From a virus, in the IMG/VR virus record IMGVR_UViG_3300004369_000005, positions 28,121 to 92,120 of that record: DNA of 64,000 bases. One strand, written 5' to 3'. A program made the translations under genes and the position numbers. Below, in pieces: positions 20,702 to 28,326 of the stretch (the stretch's first letter is position 1; each line of letters starts with the position of its first letter). The notes under the pieces are model-generated. The model was not told the DNA's origin. It saw only the letters and a list, made by a program, of their open reading frames with translations, and searched no databases.

Positions 20702-21205
20702 TTAACTCCAGTGATTGTTTGGTCTTTCCCACCAAAAATGTAAATCTTTGATAGTATCATCATAATAAAGTGAAACTAAGTCACTCTTATATTTACTATG
20801 GATATTTTCACATAATGATAAAGTGTAGTAATTCTTGTCTACAAACTTTTCCATTACCTTAGTAATCCAAGTATAATTGCCACCTCTGATTACACCTGCC
20901 TCACATAAAACAAAATTATCCCAGTCTAGAACCCAGTCAGCAAAATTAATTTCAAAATCAAGTTTATACTTATTTACATTTTCGTCTGGAAATGGCACAT
21001 TGACTGCTTCAATATGAAAAATCTCTCGATCCATAGATAATGAATGCGAGAGATGCTGAGTTACAATACCAGAGTAATCAGGAGACACGCACAAGAAACA
21101 AGTCTTTGAGGGATGAATATTCCAATCAGACATCTTGATCTTATACGACATCTCCTGAATGAGTGCCATCTCTTTGTCTTGTGAGATAAACAAAAGTTCT
21201 TTCAT
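20702..21205 (-). CDS. phosphoribosyltransferase-like protein
   Basis: FVLCEAGVIRGGNY resembles a degenerate PRPP-binding loop; ATGA-coupled to the upstream gene. Confidence 0.5.
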   Translation of the reverse strand: MKELLFISQDKEMALIQEMSYKIKMSDWNIHPSKTCFLCVSPDYSGIVTQHLSHSLSMDREIFHIEAVNVPFPDENVNKYKLDFEINFADWVLDWDNFVLCEAGVIRGGNYTWITKVMEKFVDKNYYTLSLCENIHSKYKSDLVSLYYDDTIKDLHFWWERPNNHWS

Positions 21206-21768
21206 CGTTCGATAATCATGTTGAAGGACAAGATAATTCTTTCCTTATCGCTCTGATTCACTTCAGTATAGTGATTACAGGCAGCAGGGAAAATAATTAG
21301 AGAACCTTCAGTAATCTCATCGGGTTGATGTGTCATTGTCAATCCTTTCATGAAATCTCCAAAGGGAGAGACAAATGTTGTTGGGGTATGAACTTCTGGA
21401 TCATACTCAATAAACAAAACAGCATTATACCCAATAGAACCATGGTTATGTACTGTATGGTTCATGCCATAGATTGACTTTTCAAACCACCACCACTGAG
21501 GAATAATACTAGTACATCCAACAGCATCACCAAAACGATTGATATCGCTTTCGATAATATCAACGACTGGTTGGAAACTCTCTTTTTCTTCTTTGTTGTA
21601 GTTTGTAAGCACGTTATCTTTTAAGGATAACTCTTTCTGCTTATACAGTTCAAGGAGTTTTGGTTTTTTAATTTCCCAGTCCTGAATCTGCAACTTGAAG
21701 ATTGGAACTGAGAACATTGGATATGCTTTGACATCCTCCTCGACTGCTGGAGTCGAGACCTCACTCAT
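21202..21768 (-). CDS. 2OG-Fe(II) oxygenase (TIGR02466-like)
   Basis: HTVHNHG...EGSLIIFPAACNHYTEVNQSDKERIILSFN. Confidence 0.8.
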   Translation of the reverse strand: MSEVSTPAVEEDVKAYPMFSVPIFKLQIQDWEIKKPKLLELYKQKELSLKDNVLTNYNKEEKESFQPVVDIIESDINRFGDAVGCTSIIPQWWWFEKSIYGMNHTVHNHGSIGYNAVLFIEYDPEVHTPTTFVSPFGDFMKGLTMTHQPDEITEGSLIIFPAACNHYTEVNQSDKERIILSFNMIIER

Positions 21769-21911
21769 CGTCCTTGACCTCTGTAACGCTTCTTAGCGCC
21801 ATTACGACTGGTAGCAGAATATTTTGTGTTCTTGCTGCTTCCTTGACGTGTGGTTTTGGGTTGCGACTCAATAATCTTCTTACCGCTAAGACCAACTTTT
21901 GCTCGTGCCAT
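21765..21911 (-). CDS. small very basic protein (48 aa; not in ORF track)
   Basis: MARAKVGLSGKKIIESQPKTTRQGSSKNTKYSATSRNGAKKRYRGQGR; its stop overlaps the next ATG (ATGA). Confidence 0.75.
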   Translation of the reverse strand: MARAKVGLSGKKIIESQPKTTRQGSSKNTKYSATSRNGAKKRYRGQGR

Positions 21912-21941
21912 AATTAATTTTTAATTGACTTACTTATTTTA

Positions 21942-22280
21942 CTAGATAGGTCCTTGACTGTCAACTGTTACAGTTAATGCACCAGCAGACGCTACAATTC
22001 CTGCAGGACCAACAGGAGAGGTTAGAAGACTTCCAATGACTGCCATCGGTGTTCCATTCACCATAACGGTTGGAGAACCCGTGGAGATCACGTCACTATG
22101 CAAGTCTGGTGGTATAGGAAGTGCCGCAAAATGTGGTAAAGTAGTATCACCTACCTTATGAACGTTCCTGCCGTTAATAATAACATTAGGAGATGCACTA
22201 ATATATCCAACAGGAGACCAAGGACCATGACCTGTAGTCATATCCCATGGAGTATATAACGCGGGAGTATTAGATAACAT
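21942..22280 (-). CDS. PAAR-repeat spike tip protein (gp5.4-like)
   Basis: DMTTGHG...SPNVIINGRNVHKVGD...H...STGSPTVMVNGTPMAVIG. Confidence 0.8.
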   Translation of the reverse strand: MLSNTPALYTPWDMTTGHGPWSPVGYISASPNVIINGRNVHKVGDTTLPHFAALPIPPDLHSDVISTGSPTVMVNGTPMAVIGSLLTSPVGPAGIVASAGALTVTVDSQGPI

Positions 22281-23136
22281 TGAGTGGTACAGGAACCTTT
22301 GGAGTATTTATTCCGTACTCTAACCTCTTAATCGCCGTGTCCTGATCGTTCTGTACGGTCATATGCGCTGTAGAAAGAAAAGTGCCCGCGCTACTAACAA
22401 TCGTAATGTCAAAGAACACTCTTAACTTCATAATGTCACTAGGTTTGTAACTAATAATGTCGGAGCAACGCTTTAACCACCCCTCCATAACTGGAGCATC
22501 ATACATCTTCGCATCTGCAAACGTTAAAGGATAAAAACTCTCGGCGCTTATGCTGCTAGGATACTTCCTCTTTAACATCGAAGGATCAAACAATTCCCCC
22601 TCTGCCTCTAACTTCTCAATCTTTTCTAAAGTCTCATAATACACCCCATCCCCAGAAATCTTGACAATGGCATTCGGTAACCTCAGTAACCATTCCCTAT
22701 CATGAAAGTTACGTTCACTGAAATACCCCGAAATCGTCACCAGAGGCGCTGCACCAGTCGCAAACTCACTGTTGAATACAAAGGGTTCATTATACAGTGG
22801 AGCGACCCACAGGGGACTCACAGGCACCTCAAATTCAGTGTCAAAACTTCTGGTGGTGTCGAATGAAGGACGAGGTTCCTCCAAAATGCAGTAAGATGGA
22901 CCAGTCACTGACATACTGGTGATGACCTCGTTAGGCAGTGTTGGATATGCTTCTATCGTTAGTGAAAAACTTTGATAGGGTTTCACATACGTCGGTTCTG
23001 CGTCTGGAATGATATCTACGGTCGGTTTGAACTCATAGTCCCCTGCAGGTAGTCCAAGCAACTTTAAGGACCTTGGAGCGGTTGCTGGGAGGGGATAAAA
23101 CCCTACCTCGATCTCATCCGTGAATATCTCTGCCAT
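22270..23136 (-). CDS. hypothetical protein (probably structural)
   Basis: 288-aa ORF overlapping or abutting its neighbours in a late operon. Confidence 0.7.
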   Translation of the reverse strand: MAEIFTDEIEVGFYPLPATAPRSLKLLGLPAGDYEFKPTVDIIPDAEPTYVKPYQSFSLTIEAYPTLPNEVITSMSVTGPSYCILEEPRPSFDTTRSFDTEFEVPVSPLWVAPLYNEPFVFNSEFATGAAPLVTISGYFSERNFHDREWLLRLPNAIVKISGDGVYYETLEKIEKLEAEGELFDPSMLKRKYPSSISAESFYPLTFADAKMYDAPVMEGWLKRCSDIISYKPSDIMKLRVFFDITIVSSAGTFLSTAHMTVQNDQDTAIKRLEYGINTPKVPVPLNVI

Positions 23137-23366
23137 TAGACTGACTGCGCGACTCTTAGCAAATCTTTCTTAATCCCTTCAACATTATTGTGAAGATAAT
23201 CTAAAGTATCTGACAGTGTTTCGTACTCACTCGCCTCAGGGCGGCGGTACGCTAATGTCGGTCTCTCCAAGTTCGATACTCGCACTTCCAGACTCTCCAA
23301 TCTCTGCAACAGCACTAGGAGTTTTTCCTCCAAGCTTGTCTGTTGCTGCTCTGACGACGTTTCCAT
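23136..23366 (-). CDS. hypothetical coiled-coil protein
   Basis: LQRLESLEVRVSNLERP...YETLSDTLDYLHNNVEGIK; stop coupled to the next ATG. Confidence 0.65.
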   Translation of the reverse strand: METSSEQQQTSLEEKLLVLLQRLESLEVRVSNLERPTLAYRRPEASEYETLSDTLDYLHNNVEGIKKDLLRVAQSV

Positions 23367-23481
23367 TATTTGAATCTCCTCTCATGAATGATTCCGCTGC
23401 CTTCGTCTCGAACTCGTCGCAAAATGCATCAAAGTTACTCAGAATGGCATCGAAGTTTTCAAAATCAACTTTCTGGGGCAT
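23236..23481 (-). CDS. hypothetical acidic protein
   Basis: NFDAILSNFDAFCDEFETKAAE; first ORF downstream of the late promoter at 23524. Confidence 0.6.
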   Translation of the reverse strand: MPQKVDFENFDAILSNFDAFCDEFETKAAESFMRGDSNNGNVVRAATDKLGGKTPSAVAEIGESGSASIELGETDISVPPP

Positions 23482-23523
23482 TTTTTTTCTGGCGGAATTT
23501 TTTATAACGGGACTTTACCAAAA

Positions 23524-23530
23524 TATTTAT
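23524..23530 (-). promoter_or_regulatory. late promoter (ATAAATA)
   Basis: TATTTAT on the + strand between the terminator and the ORF starting at 23481. Confidence 0.55.
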
Positions 23531-23602
23531 CGGTCGTCTGGATACTTTTGTAGGTTAGGGGAGTCATGCGTTTTTGGAATCGCTTGGCGACCCGACTAGT
23601 AC

Positions 23603-23631
23603 AAAAAAACCCCCTAACAACTGCCAGGGGG
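23603..23631 (-). terminator. Rho-independent terminator closing the early region
   Basis: Minus strand CCCCCTGGCA-GT-TGTTAGGGGG followed by T7. Confidence 0.8.
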
Positions 23632-23642
23632 CGGGGTCTGTG

Positions 23643-23843
23643 CTAGGATGCTGTGGCGACTAGTCGTCGGCACTGCCTCTCAATCTGTCGCAATGCGTTC
23701 ACGTCGCTAGGACTGCTGCTGCATGTGCTGATGATGCCTAGGCGTTCGTGCTTGTATTTGCGGTGCTTTCGATCACTGGTGAGGATGAACCCATAGCGAG
23801 CGTGGATGGCGTCCGCTTCTCTGGTGAAGGACTTCTTAGACAT
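23643..23843 (-). CDS. HicA-like small basic protein
   Basis: YGF...RKHRKYKH...STCSSSPSDVNALRQIERQCRR pattern, similar to HicA-fold proteins. Confidence 0.5.
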   Translation of the reverse strand: MSKKSFTREADAIHARYGFILTSDRKHRKYKHERLGIISTCSSSPSDVNALRQIERQCRRLVATAS

Positions 23844-23846
23844 GGG

Positions 23847-24023
23847 TCAGGCGAAGGTGGGGAGACGGTCGATCGCTTCTTGCGCGTGATGCTCTGCAAA
23901 GACCCCAGCGATGAGGGCGGCGCTGTGTGCTGTGCCCTGTAGGGTGTTGCTGCTGACCCATCCTGTCTGGCGGGTGCTGATGTCAGAGGCGAGGCGGAAG
24001 CAGGTGGGGTTGCGCTTTGTCAT
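23847..24023 (-). CDS. hypothetical early protein (58 aa; not in ORF track)
   Basis: MTKRNPTCFRLASDISTRQTGWVSSN...; lies directly after the promoter motif at 24046. Confidence 0.6.
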   Translation of the reverse strand: MTKRNPTCFRLASDISTRQTGWVSSNTLQGTAHSAALIAGVFAEHHAQEAIDRLPTFA

Positions 24024-24045
24024 GCTGTGCTGTGTTGATGTGGTT

Positions 24046-24104
24046 AGTCTACAGGCAAGGGGGGCAGCAGAGACCCCCCTAGTGTACGGTTCAGAGATCG
24101 ACCA
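24046..24104 (-). promoter_or_regulatory. early promoter (degenerate palindrome + TAGACT -10)
   Basis: GTGTACGGTT-CAGA-GATCG located 41 nt from the -10 box. Confidence 0.5.
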
Positions 24105-24363
24105 TCATGGCATTCATCTCATCGGCATCGATGGCGCACGAATCCCAACGCACCCCATCCTTGGTTTGCACGAGGTGGCGACCGATCATGCCGTCAGTCA
24201 TGGCACGAACGAACTTATCCCAAGGGGTCTCATCGTTGCCGCAGAACTCAACACACGCCTTAGCGGTGTTGTAGAGGAATTCATCGTTGCCAATCCAGAG
24301 GGCAGCGTTCCAGGTTTCGTAGGTCGCCCAACCGTTGTAGGTGCTGAGGGTGGAAGCGGTCAT
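24091..24363 (-). CDS. conserved phage early protein (YNGWxxYETW family)
   Basis: MTASTLSTYNGWATYETWNAALWIGNDEFLY; start placed after the promoter at 24386. Confidence 0.75.
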   Translation of the reverse strand: MTASTLSTYNGWATYETWNAALWIGNDEFLYNTAKACVEFCGNDETPWDKFVRAMTDGMIGRHLVQTKDGVRWDSCAIDADEMNAMMVDL

Positions 24364-24385
24364 GTCGTTTGTTTGAACTGAAGTC

Positions 24386-24444
24386 ATTATAGGGGCAGGG
24401 GGTTGCCCTTGTGGGGCAATGGTGGACGGTTCAGTAACCGTAAC
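24386..24444 (-). promoter_or_regulatory. early promoter (palindrome + TATAAT)
   Basis: ATTATA at 24386-24391; GGACGGTT-CAGT-AACCG upstream. Confidence 0.7.
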
Positions 24445-24613
24445 GCTGGCGGCGCATCTCGGTTTGGTAGCGGCGCTCATCGATGTCGTCAGCGGTGAAG
24501 TAATCATCGAAGTCGCCGTCGCCCATGTCGTAGGCATAGTTGGCGGGTTGCTGCCCTGCCTTGCCAGTGAGGGAGGCGAAGGAGAAGCGGTCGAAGTTGG
24601 TTTCGTTTGTCAT
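24431..24613 (-). CDS. hypothetical early protein, probably leaderless
   Basis: MTNETNFDRF...; ATG lies 6 nt after the TATACT -10 box. Confidence 0.65.
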   Translation of the reverse strand: MTNETNFDRFSFASLTGKAGQQPANYAYDMGDGDFDDYFTADDIDERRYQTEMRRQRYGY

Positions 24614-24619
24614 GTGCTT

Positions 24620-24678
24620 AGTATAAGGGGTCAGGGGCGCAGTCTGGGGGTGATAGTGTGCCAGTTCCTCAATCGAAC
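24620..24678 (-). promoter_or_regulatory. early promoter
   Basis: AGTATA at 24620-24625; GTGTGCCAGTT-CCTC-AATCG upstream. Confidence 0.7.
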
Positions 24679-24884
24679 AACAGGGCGGCGATTGCCTCAA
24701 TCCCTGCCTCGTCTGCCTTGACGGTGACCCATGCCATAGGGTTGCCCTTAGCGGGGCACTTCCAGATCACCACATCCTCATCGTAGGTTGCTGCCAGTTG
24801 GTAGGCATGGGTCATGTCAGTCGCCCACATGCAACCGTGAGGGTCGAACGTACCGAACGATTTGGGTTGAACTGCGATTGCCAT
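24669..24884 (-). CDS. hypothetical early protein
   Basis: 71-aa ORF directly downstream of the promoter at 24908. Confidence 0.7.
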   Translation of the reverse strand: MAIAVQPKSFGTFDPHGCMWATDMTHAYQLAATYDEDVVIWKCPAKGNPMAWVTVKADEAGIEAIAALLFD

Positions 24885-24907
24885 GTGTGCTTTGCTTTGT
24901 TCCCCTT

Positions 24908-24966
24908 ATTATAAGGGCGAGGATGCCGCGGCCAAGGGCAGCGAGTGCCAGATCTCCAACTGTCTG
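24908..24966 (-). promoter_or_regulatory. early promoter
   Basis: ATTATA at 24908-24913; GTGCCAGAT-CTCC-AACTGTC upstream. Confidence 0.7.
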
Positions 24967-25056
24967 CTGTGTCTTAACAACAGGCAGGGATGGCATACAA
25001 TAGTGTGCCAATTGCAGCGGTAGTATGGGTGAACTAGTTTGAGCCGCGAGTTTGTG

Positions 25057-25263
25057 TTACTTAGCGTCTGGAATTAGGGAGATCAAAGTATCCTCATCAT
25101 AGAGATCTACGATCTCTTCAGTTACTTCATCCCATGTCAATTTGTCGTACTCTCGTTCTAACAAATCAACGCACATATGCACGAGGGAATCTGTATCCAT
25201 GCCATCTACAATATGCCAGACATAGTTCTCAACGAGTTGGCGACGATCCTGTTCGGTAGGCAT
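25057..25263 (-). CDS. hypothetical acidic protein
   Basis: MPTEQDRRQLVENYVWHIVDGMD...; ATG at 25263. Confidence 0.65.
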   Translation of the reverse strand: MPTEQDRRQLVENYVWHIVDGMDTDSLVHMCVDLLEREYDKLTWDEVTEEIVDLYDEDTLISLIPDAK

Positions 25264-25299
25264 AATCAAATGGTGAAGAATGTGTGGACTAAGTTATAC

Positions 25300-25653
25300 T
25301 CAGACCAGCAGGTCATTGATAGCAAGGGCACCAAGTCTCATGCCAGAGCGAAACTCAGTGACAAAGAATTCAGTGCCATTGTAGAGGCGAATGAACCACT
25401 CAAAGTTCTTCTGAAACACACCCTCACCAGCGATTCCATGCTCGGTCATGATAGCATTCAGGCGAGACTTGGTGGTGTTAGATTGCCAACCACCATCAAA
25501 CAATTTGATGCCGTTGTCATCAACTTCGGCAATCAGATTGCCATGCAGGTAGACATAAGAAATGCCGTCAACATTCAGCACCTCAGTGTTATCGAGTTTC
25601 CAATCAGTGCCGTTGGTGATAGCGGCATTCATGAGTCGTTCGATCTTACGCAT
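25300..25653 (-). CDS. conserved phage early protein
   Basis: MRKIERLMN...YLHGNLIA...FDGGWQSNTTKSRLNAI; start placed after the promoter at 25690. Confidence 0.75.
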   Translation of the reverse strand: MRKIERLMNAAITNGTDWKLDNTEVLNVDGISYVYLHGNLIAEVDDNGIKLFDGGWQSNTTKSRLNAIMTEHGIAGEGVFQKNFEWFIRLYNGTEFFVTEFRSGMRLGALAINDLLV

Positions 25654-25689
25654 GAGAGAAAAGTGAAGTGGTTTGTTTGAACTGAAGTC

Positions 25690-25748
25690 ATTATAGACAC
25701 AGGGTCGGCAGGAATGCGACCGATGCTGTGCCACTTAATCAACTGTCC
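25690..25748 (-). promoter_or_regulatory. early promoter
   Basis: ATTATA at 25690-25695; TGTGCCACTT-AATC-AACTGTCC upstream. Confidence 0.75.
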
Positions 25749-25870
25749 TCTCGCCAGGTCAGAGGATCTTCCTGTTCGATATCCTCTTGCATGTCGAAAG
25801 GCATCATCTCACGATCATCAATGTCGAGATCGAAGATCTCACCAGGCATGTCTTGAATTTCATCCCACAT
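25739..25870 (-). CDS. small acidic protein (43 aa; not in ORF track)
   Basis: MWDEIQDMPGEIFDLDIDDRE... Confidence 0.55.
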   Translation of the reverse strand: MWDEIQDMPGEIFDLDIDDREMMPFDMQEDIEQEDPLTWREDS

Positions 25871-25901
25871 TGTTAGTTAAGCGAAGAACAGTTAGTGTTA
25901 A

Positions 25902-26093
25902 TCAGAGACCGTTGAGGTAATCAGCGAGTGCCTCATCATACTCTGCTTTGGTGTTAAAAACACGACCGTGAATCATGCGAGGATAGGTAGCATCAACACC
26001 AGCATGTGCTACCATCTGGCAGTCTGCCTCATCGTATCCCATCTCAATGAGAGTGGCGACGTAGGGGTTGTTCGTTTGGGTTTCGTTTGTCAT
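25902..26093 (-). CDS. hypothetical early protein, probably leaderless
   Basis: MTNETQTNNPYVATLIEMGY; ATG lies 6 nt after TATAAT. Confidence 0.65.
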   Translation of the reverse strand: MTNETQTNNPYVATLIEMGYDEADCQMVAHAGVDATYPRMIHGRVFNTKAEYDEALADYLNGL

Positions 26094-26099
26094 GTAGAC

Positions 26100-26158
26100 A
26101 TTATAGACACAGGGTCGAGCGGTTTGGGGGTCACAGTGTGCCACTTCTCCAACTGGTT
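26100..26158 (-). promoter_or_regulatory. early promoter
   Basis: ATTATA at 26100-26105; GTGTGCCACTT-CTCC-AACTGG upstream. Confidence 0.75.
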
Positions 26159-26420
26159 AGTCTTGAGTGGTGTAATCTATCTCAAATGCACCCTCACATT
26201 CAGGCACTTCATAATCATCTAAAATCACACGATAATCAATCGATTTGATACACCAACCTGTGGCACATGTGATCTCTTCTACGAGATCATCACCATCATC
26301 TGCCTCCCAAACTGTACCAAATACACCTTCACGGAGTTCTTCTTTATATTCATATGTGATGGGTTCATCATAAACATCATCACTAAAATCAAAGGCGATG
26401 TCAGTAACTTGGAATTGCAT
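26157..26420 (-). CDS. hypothetical acidic protein
   Basis: WEADDGDDLVEEITCATGWCIKSIDY. Confidence 0.7.
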   Translation of the reverse strand: MQFQVTDIAFDFSDDVYDEPITYEYKEELREGVFGTVWEADDGDDLVEEITCATGWCIKSIDYRVILDDYEVPECEGAFEIDYTTQD

Positions 26421-26433
26421 GATTGTGATTGAA

Positions 26434-26643
26434 TTAGTTTACTTCAGCGAGCAACAGTTTGTGACAACGATCTGCCTCTACGAGTTCTTCATCATCAAGT
26501 TCATCCCATTCAACATACTCATAGGCACCACGGTTAGACTCAACGCTGCCATCAGATAGCAAGGGGTGATACATAAGAACTCGCTGGTGATTACCATCCA
26601 AAGTGTATACTAACTGGTTTGCTTTAGAGTGAATGAAAACCAT
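26434..26643 (-). CDS. hypothetical protein
   Basis: ORF track 26434..26661; probable start MVFIHSK at 26643. Confidence 0.6.
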   Translation of the reverse strand: MVFIHSKANQLVYTLDGNHQRVLMYHPLLSDGSVESNRGAYEYVEWDELDDEELVEADRCHKLLLAEVN

Positions 26644-26665
26644 GAAAAATCCCGTCAACATGTAT

Positions 26666-26724
26666 ACAATACACGATAACGGGACCTTTGCAATATTCAG
26701 TGTGCCAGTTTAGAAAGTGTCATA
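26666..26724 (-). promoter_or_regulatory. early promoter
   Basis: TATTGT -10 at 26666-26671; GTGTGCCAGTT-TAGA-AAGTGTCA upstream. Confidence 0.65.
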
Positions 26725-26868
26725 GTATTCATCCACTTCTCTCTTGAATTTGGTAACTTTCTTCTTAGTCTGTCTGCGAATATTCTTCACTTCGTAACCA
26801 AAATCTTCAAAATCTTCATCGAATTGTTGATACTTTTGGTTGTCGGACTGATTGTAACGCTTACCCAT
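26710..26868 (-). CDS. small hypothetical protein (52 aa; not in ORF track)
   Basis: MGKRYNQSDNQKYQQFDEDFEDFGYEVKNIRRQTKKK... Confidence 0.6.
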   Translation of the reverse strand: MGKRYNQSDNQKYQQFDEDFEDFGYEVKNIRRQTKKKVTKFKREVDEYYDTF

Positions 26869-26902
26869 TGTAATTGTAAAGTATTAGTAATACAAAGCAA
26901 TA

Positions 26903-27148
26903 TTATTTAGATTCAATCAAGATATTATTCTTGATTGAAGTATGAAGAAACTTACCCAGACTACCTCCAGTCTTCAATTCAATGCTAATGAGTTCTTTAC
27001 ACAAATCTTCTTGGAATTGCTCTACATTTTCACAGTTAAACGTATATTCTTTGTCTTTATTGCTATTATACACGATTTTAACAGTGTTATCAACAATTTC
27101 GATGCTATCTACAGCTGTAGAGATCAAATTGTCGTACTTTTTAGACAT
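26903..27148 (-). CDS. KTSC-like small protein
   Basis: STAVDSI...VKIVYNS...EYTF...SLGKFLHTSIK resembles the KTSC domain pattern. Confidence 0.5.
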   Translation of the reverse strand: MSKKYDNLISTAVDSIEIVDNTVKIVYNSNKDKEYTFNCENVEQFQEDLCKELISIELKTGGSLGKFLHTSIKNNILIESK

Positions 27149-27149
27149 T

Positions 27150-27530
27150 TTAAGTGGTTTGTTAATGTTTAAAGGTTAAAAACTCAAAAAATTAAGAAAT
27201 CTTAAAAATTAAGATTCTCAATAAACTCAAAATATTAAAAAACTCAATATTTTGACTTTTTGAGTTTTTGAGAAAAGCGGCAGGAGCACCCCTTTGCCTC
27301 ATGACAGTATTATAGGGTATCTGGGAGTGCTTTGGAGGTGTTGTGGACGGTTTCAGAGGTGTCACAGAGGCACTTGACGTTCGTTAGGTTGCGTGCTAAG
27401 CCAACATCGACTCCGCACCTTACCCCTATTTTATTAAGCATTTATTATTATTGATTCTCAACTAGACTATCTTATTGAGAACCATTGGTATGACTAGCGC
27501 GGAAGCACCTTGAAAACCTTATTGATTCTC
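27150..27530. repeat. AT-rich intergenic region with direct and inverted (A/T)CTCAA repeats; candidate replication origin
   Basis: AAAAACTCAAAAA (27178) and TTTTTGAGTTTTT (27257) form an inverted pair; repeated AAAAATTAAGA and TTCTCAA/TTGAGAA; largest non-coding gap in the window. Confidence 0.5.
27309..27367 (-). promoter_or_regulatory. early promoter
   Basis: ATTATA at 27309-27314; GTGGACGGTT-TCAG-AGGTGTCAC upstream. Confidence 0.6.
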
Positions 27531-27680
27531 ATTAGCACGGTGTCTTGTCACTGCTAGTATATTTTGTCCTGGGTTGAGATCTTTCACAACTTGTGCTGCA
27601 TCTTCATAGTCTATTGCATCTACTACAGTATGGTATCTTACCATATGATATTCTTCATCCCATGTCTGTACTGTATACAT
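27519..27680 (-). CDS. hypothetical protein
   Basis: MYTVQTWDEEYH...; probable ATG at 27680. Confidence 0.55.
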   Translation of the reverse strand: MYTVQTWDEEYHMVRYHTVVDAIDYEDAAQVVKDLNPGQNILAVTRHRANENQ

Positions 27681-27852
27681 TATCCTCTCCATCAGATGCA
27701 TTCAATTTGTCTGTCTCTTTCTGAATGAAATCAGTTAACAAGTCAATGAAGTCTTGTTCGGTCCAATCATTGAATACAGACTCATAAGGATCATTCTCAT
27801 CCCATGAGATTGTGAATGTGTTATCATCTTCCTGTTCTACATTGATTGTCAT
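27655..27852 (-). CDS. hypothetical acidic protein
   Basis: TFTISWDENDPYESVFNDWTEQDF. Confidence 0.65.
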   Translation of the reverse strand: MTINVEQEDDNTFTISWDENDPYESVFNDWTEQDFIDLLTDFIQKETDKLNASDGEDNVYSTDMG

Positions 27853-28028
27853 TGTGGTTCACATACGATGTACTGATAATAGTTGCCGTAAGTATCTTGT
27901 GCTTGACGACAGAAATACATTGGGTTCTTTGGTTGTAGTGATACAATCTCATTAAGAGTGATTAGTGCAATAGCAAATTGTATGAATGGTAGGACCTTTA
28001 CTATTGTCTCACGATAGTTGTTCTTCAT
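27849..28028 (-). CDS. small hypothetical protein with hydrophobic segment (59 aa; not in ORF track)
   Basis: MKNNYRETIVKVLPFIQFAIALITL...; ATGA-coupled on both sides. Confidence 0.6.
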   Translation of the reverse strand: MKNNYRETIVKVLPFIQFAIALITLNEIVSLQPKNPMYFCRQAQDTYGNYYQYIVCEPQ

Positions 28029-28249
28029 TCAAATACTGGTATTACTGGTGGATTCCATTCATCTCTTACTGCTTTCATAATATGTTTGGGAGTACCATAG
28101 TAACCCATATGCATCCATACACAATCAATGTATTGTAGATCTTCTCTATCTACTGTTGGATTGAATGAATCACAATATTTGACAATATCATAGGGAACTT
28201 TAACTTGTTTCCAGGTGATAGGTTCTTCAACATAGTATGGGACAGTCAT
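28025..28249 (-). CDS. hypothetical protein
   Basis: 74-aa ORF coupled to its neighbours. Confidence 0.7.
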   Translation of the reverse strand: MTVPYYVEEPITWKQVKVPYDIVKYCDSFNPTVDREDLQYIDCVWMHMGYYGTPKHIMKAVRDEWNPPVIPVFE

Positions 28250-28326
28250 TTCTTTACTGGTGCTGTTAGTTCAAGAGTGAGTGTTAGTAGTAGTATGAAT
28301 GAGAAGATAAAGAGTGTACTAATCAT
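28246..28326 (-). CDS. 26-aa membrane peptide (not in ORF track)
   Basis: MISTLFIFSFILLLTLTLELTAPVKK fills the gap between two ORFs and overlaps both. Confidence 0.5.
   Translation of the reverse strand: MISTLFIFSFILLLTLTLELTAPVKK

Noticed and set aside
24817-25011. 64-aa minus-strand ORF spanning an early promoter
   Set aside because: It runs through the promoter at 24908 and into the next gene and looks non-coding. Similar N-terminal extensions through promoters (24700, 25734, 26144, 33811, 36396) were trimmed from the feature calls.
24046-26724. Recurring palindromes considered as a CRISPR array or integron attC sites
   Set aside because: The repeats are degenerate, irregularly spaced by whole genes and at a fixed distance from -10 boxes. 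No cas or integrase gene is present in the window.
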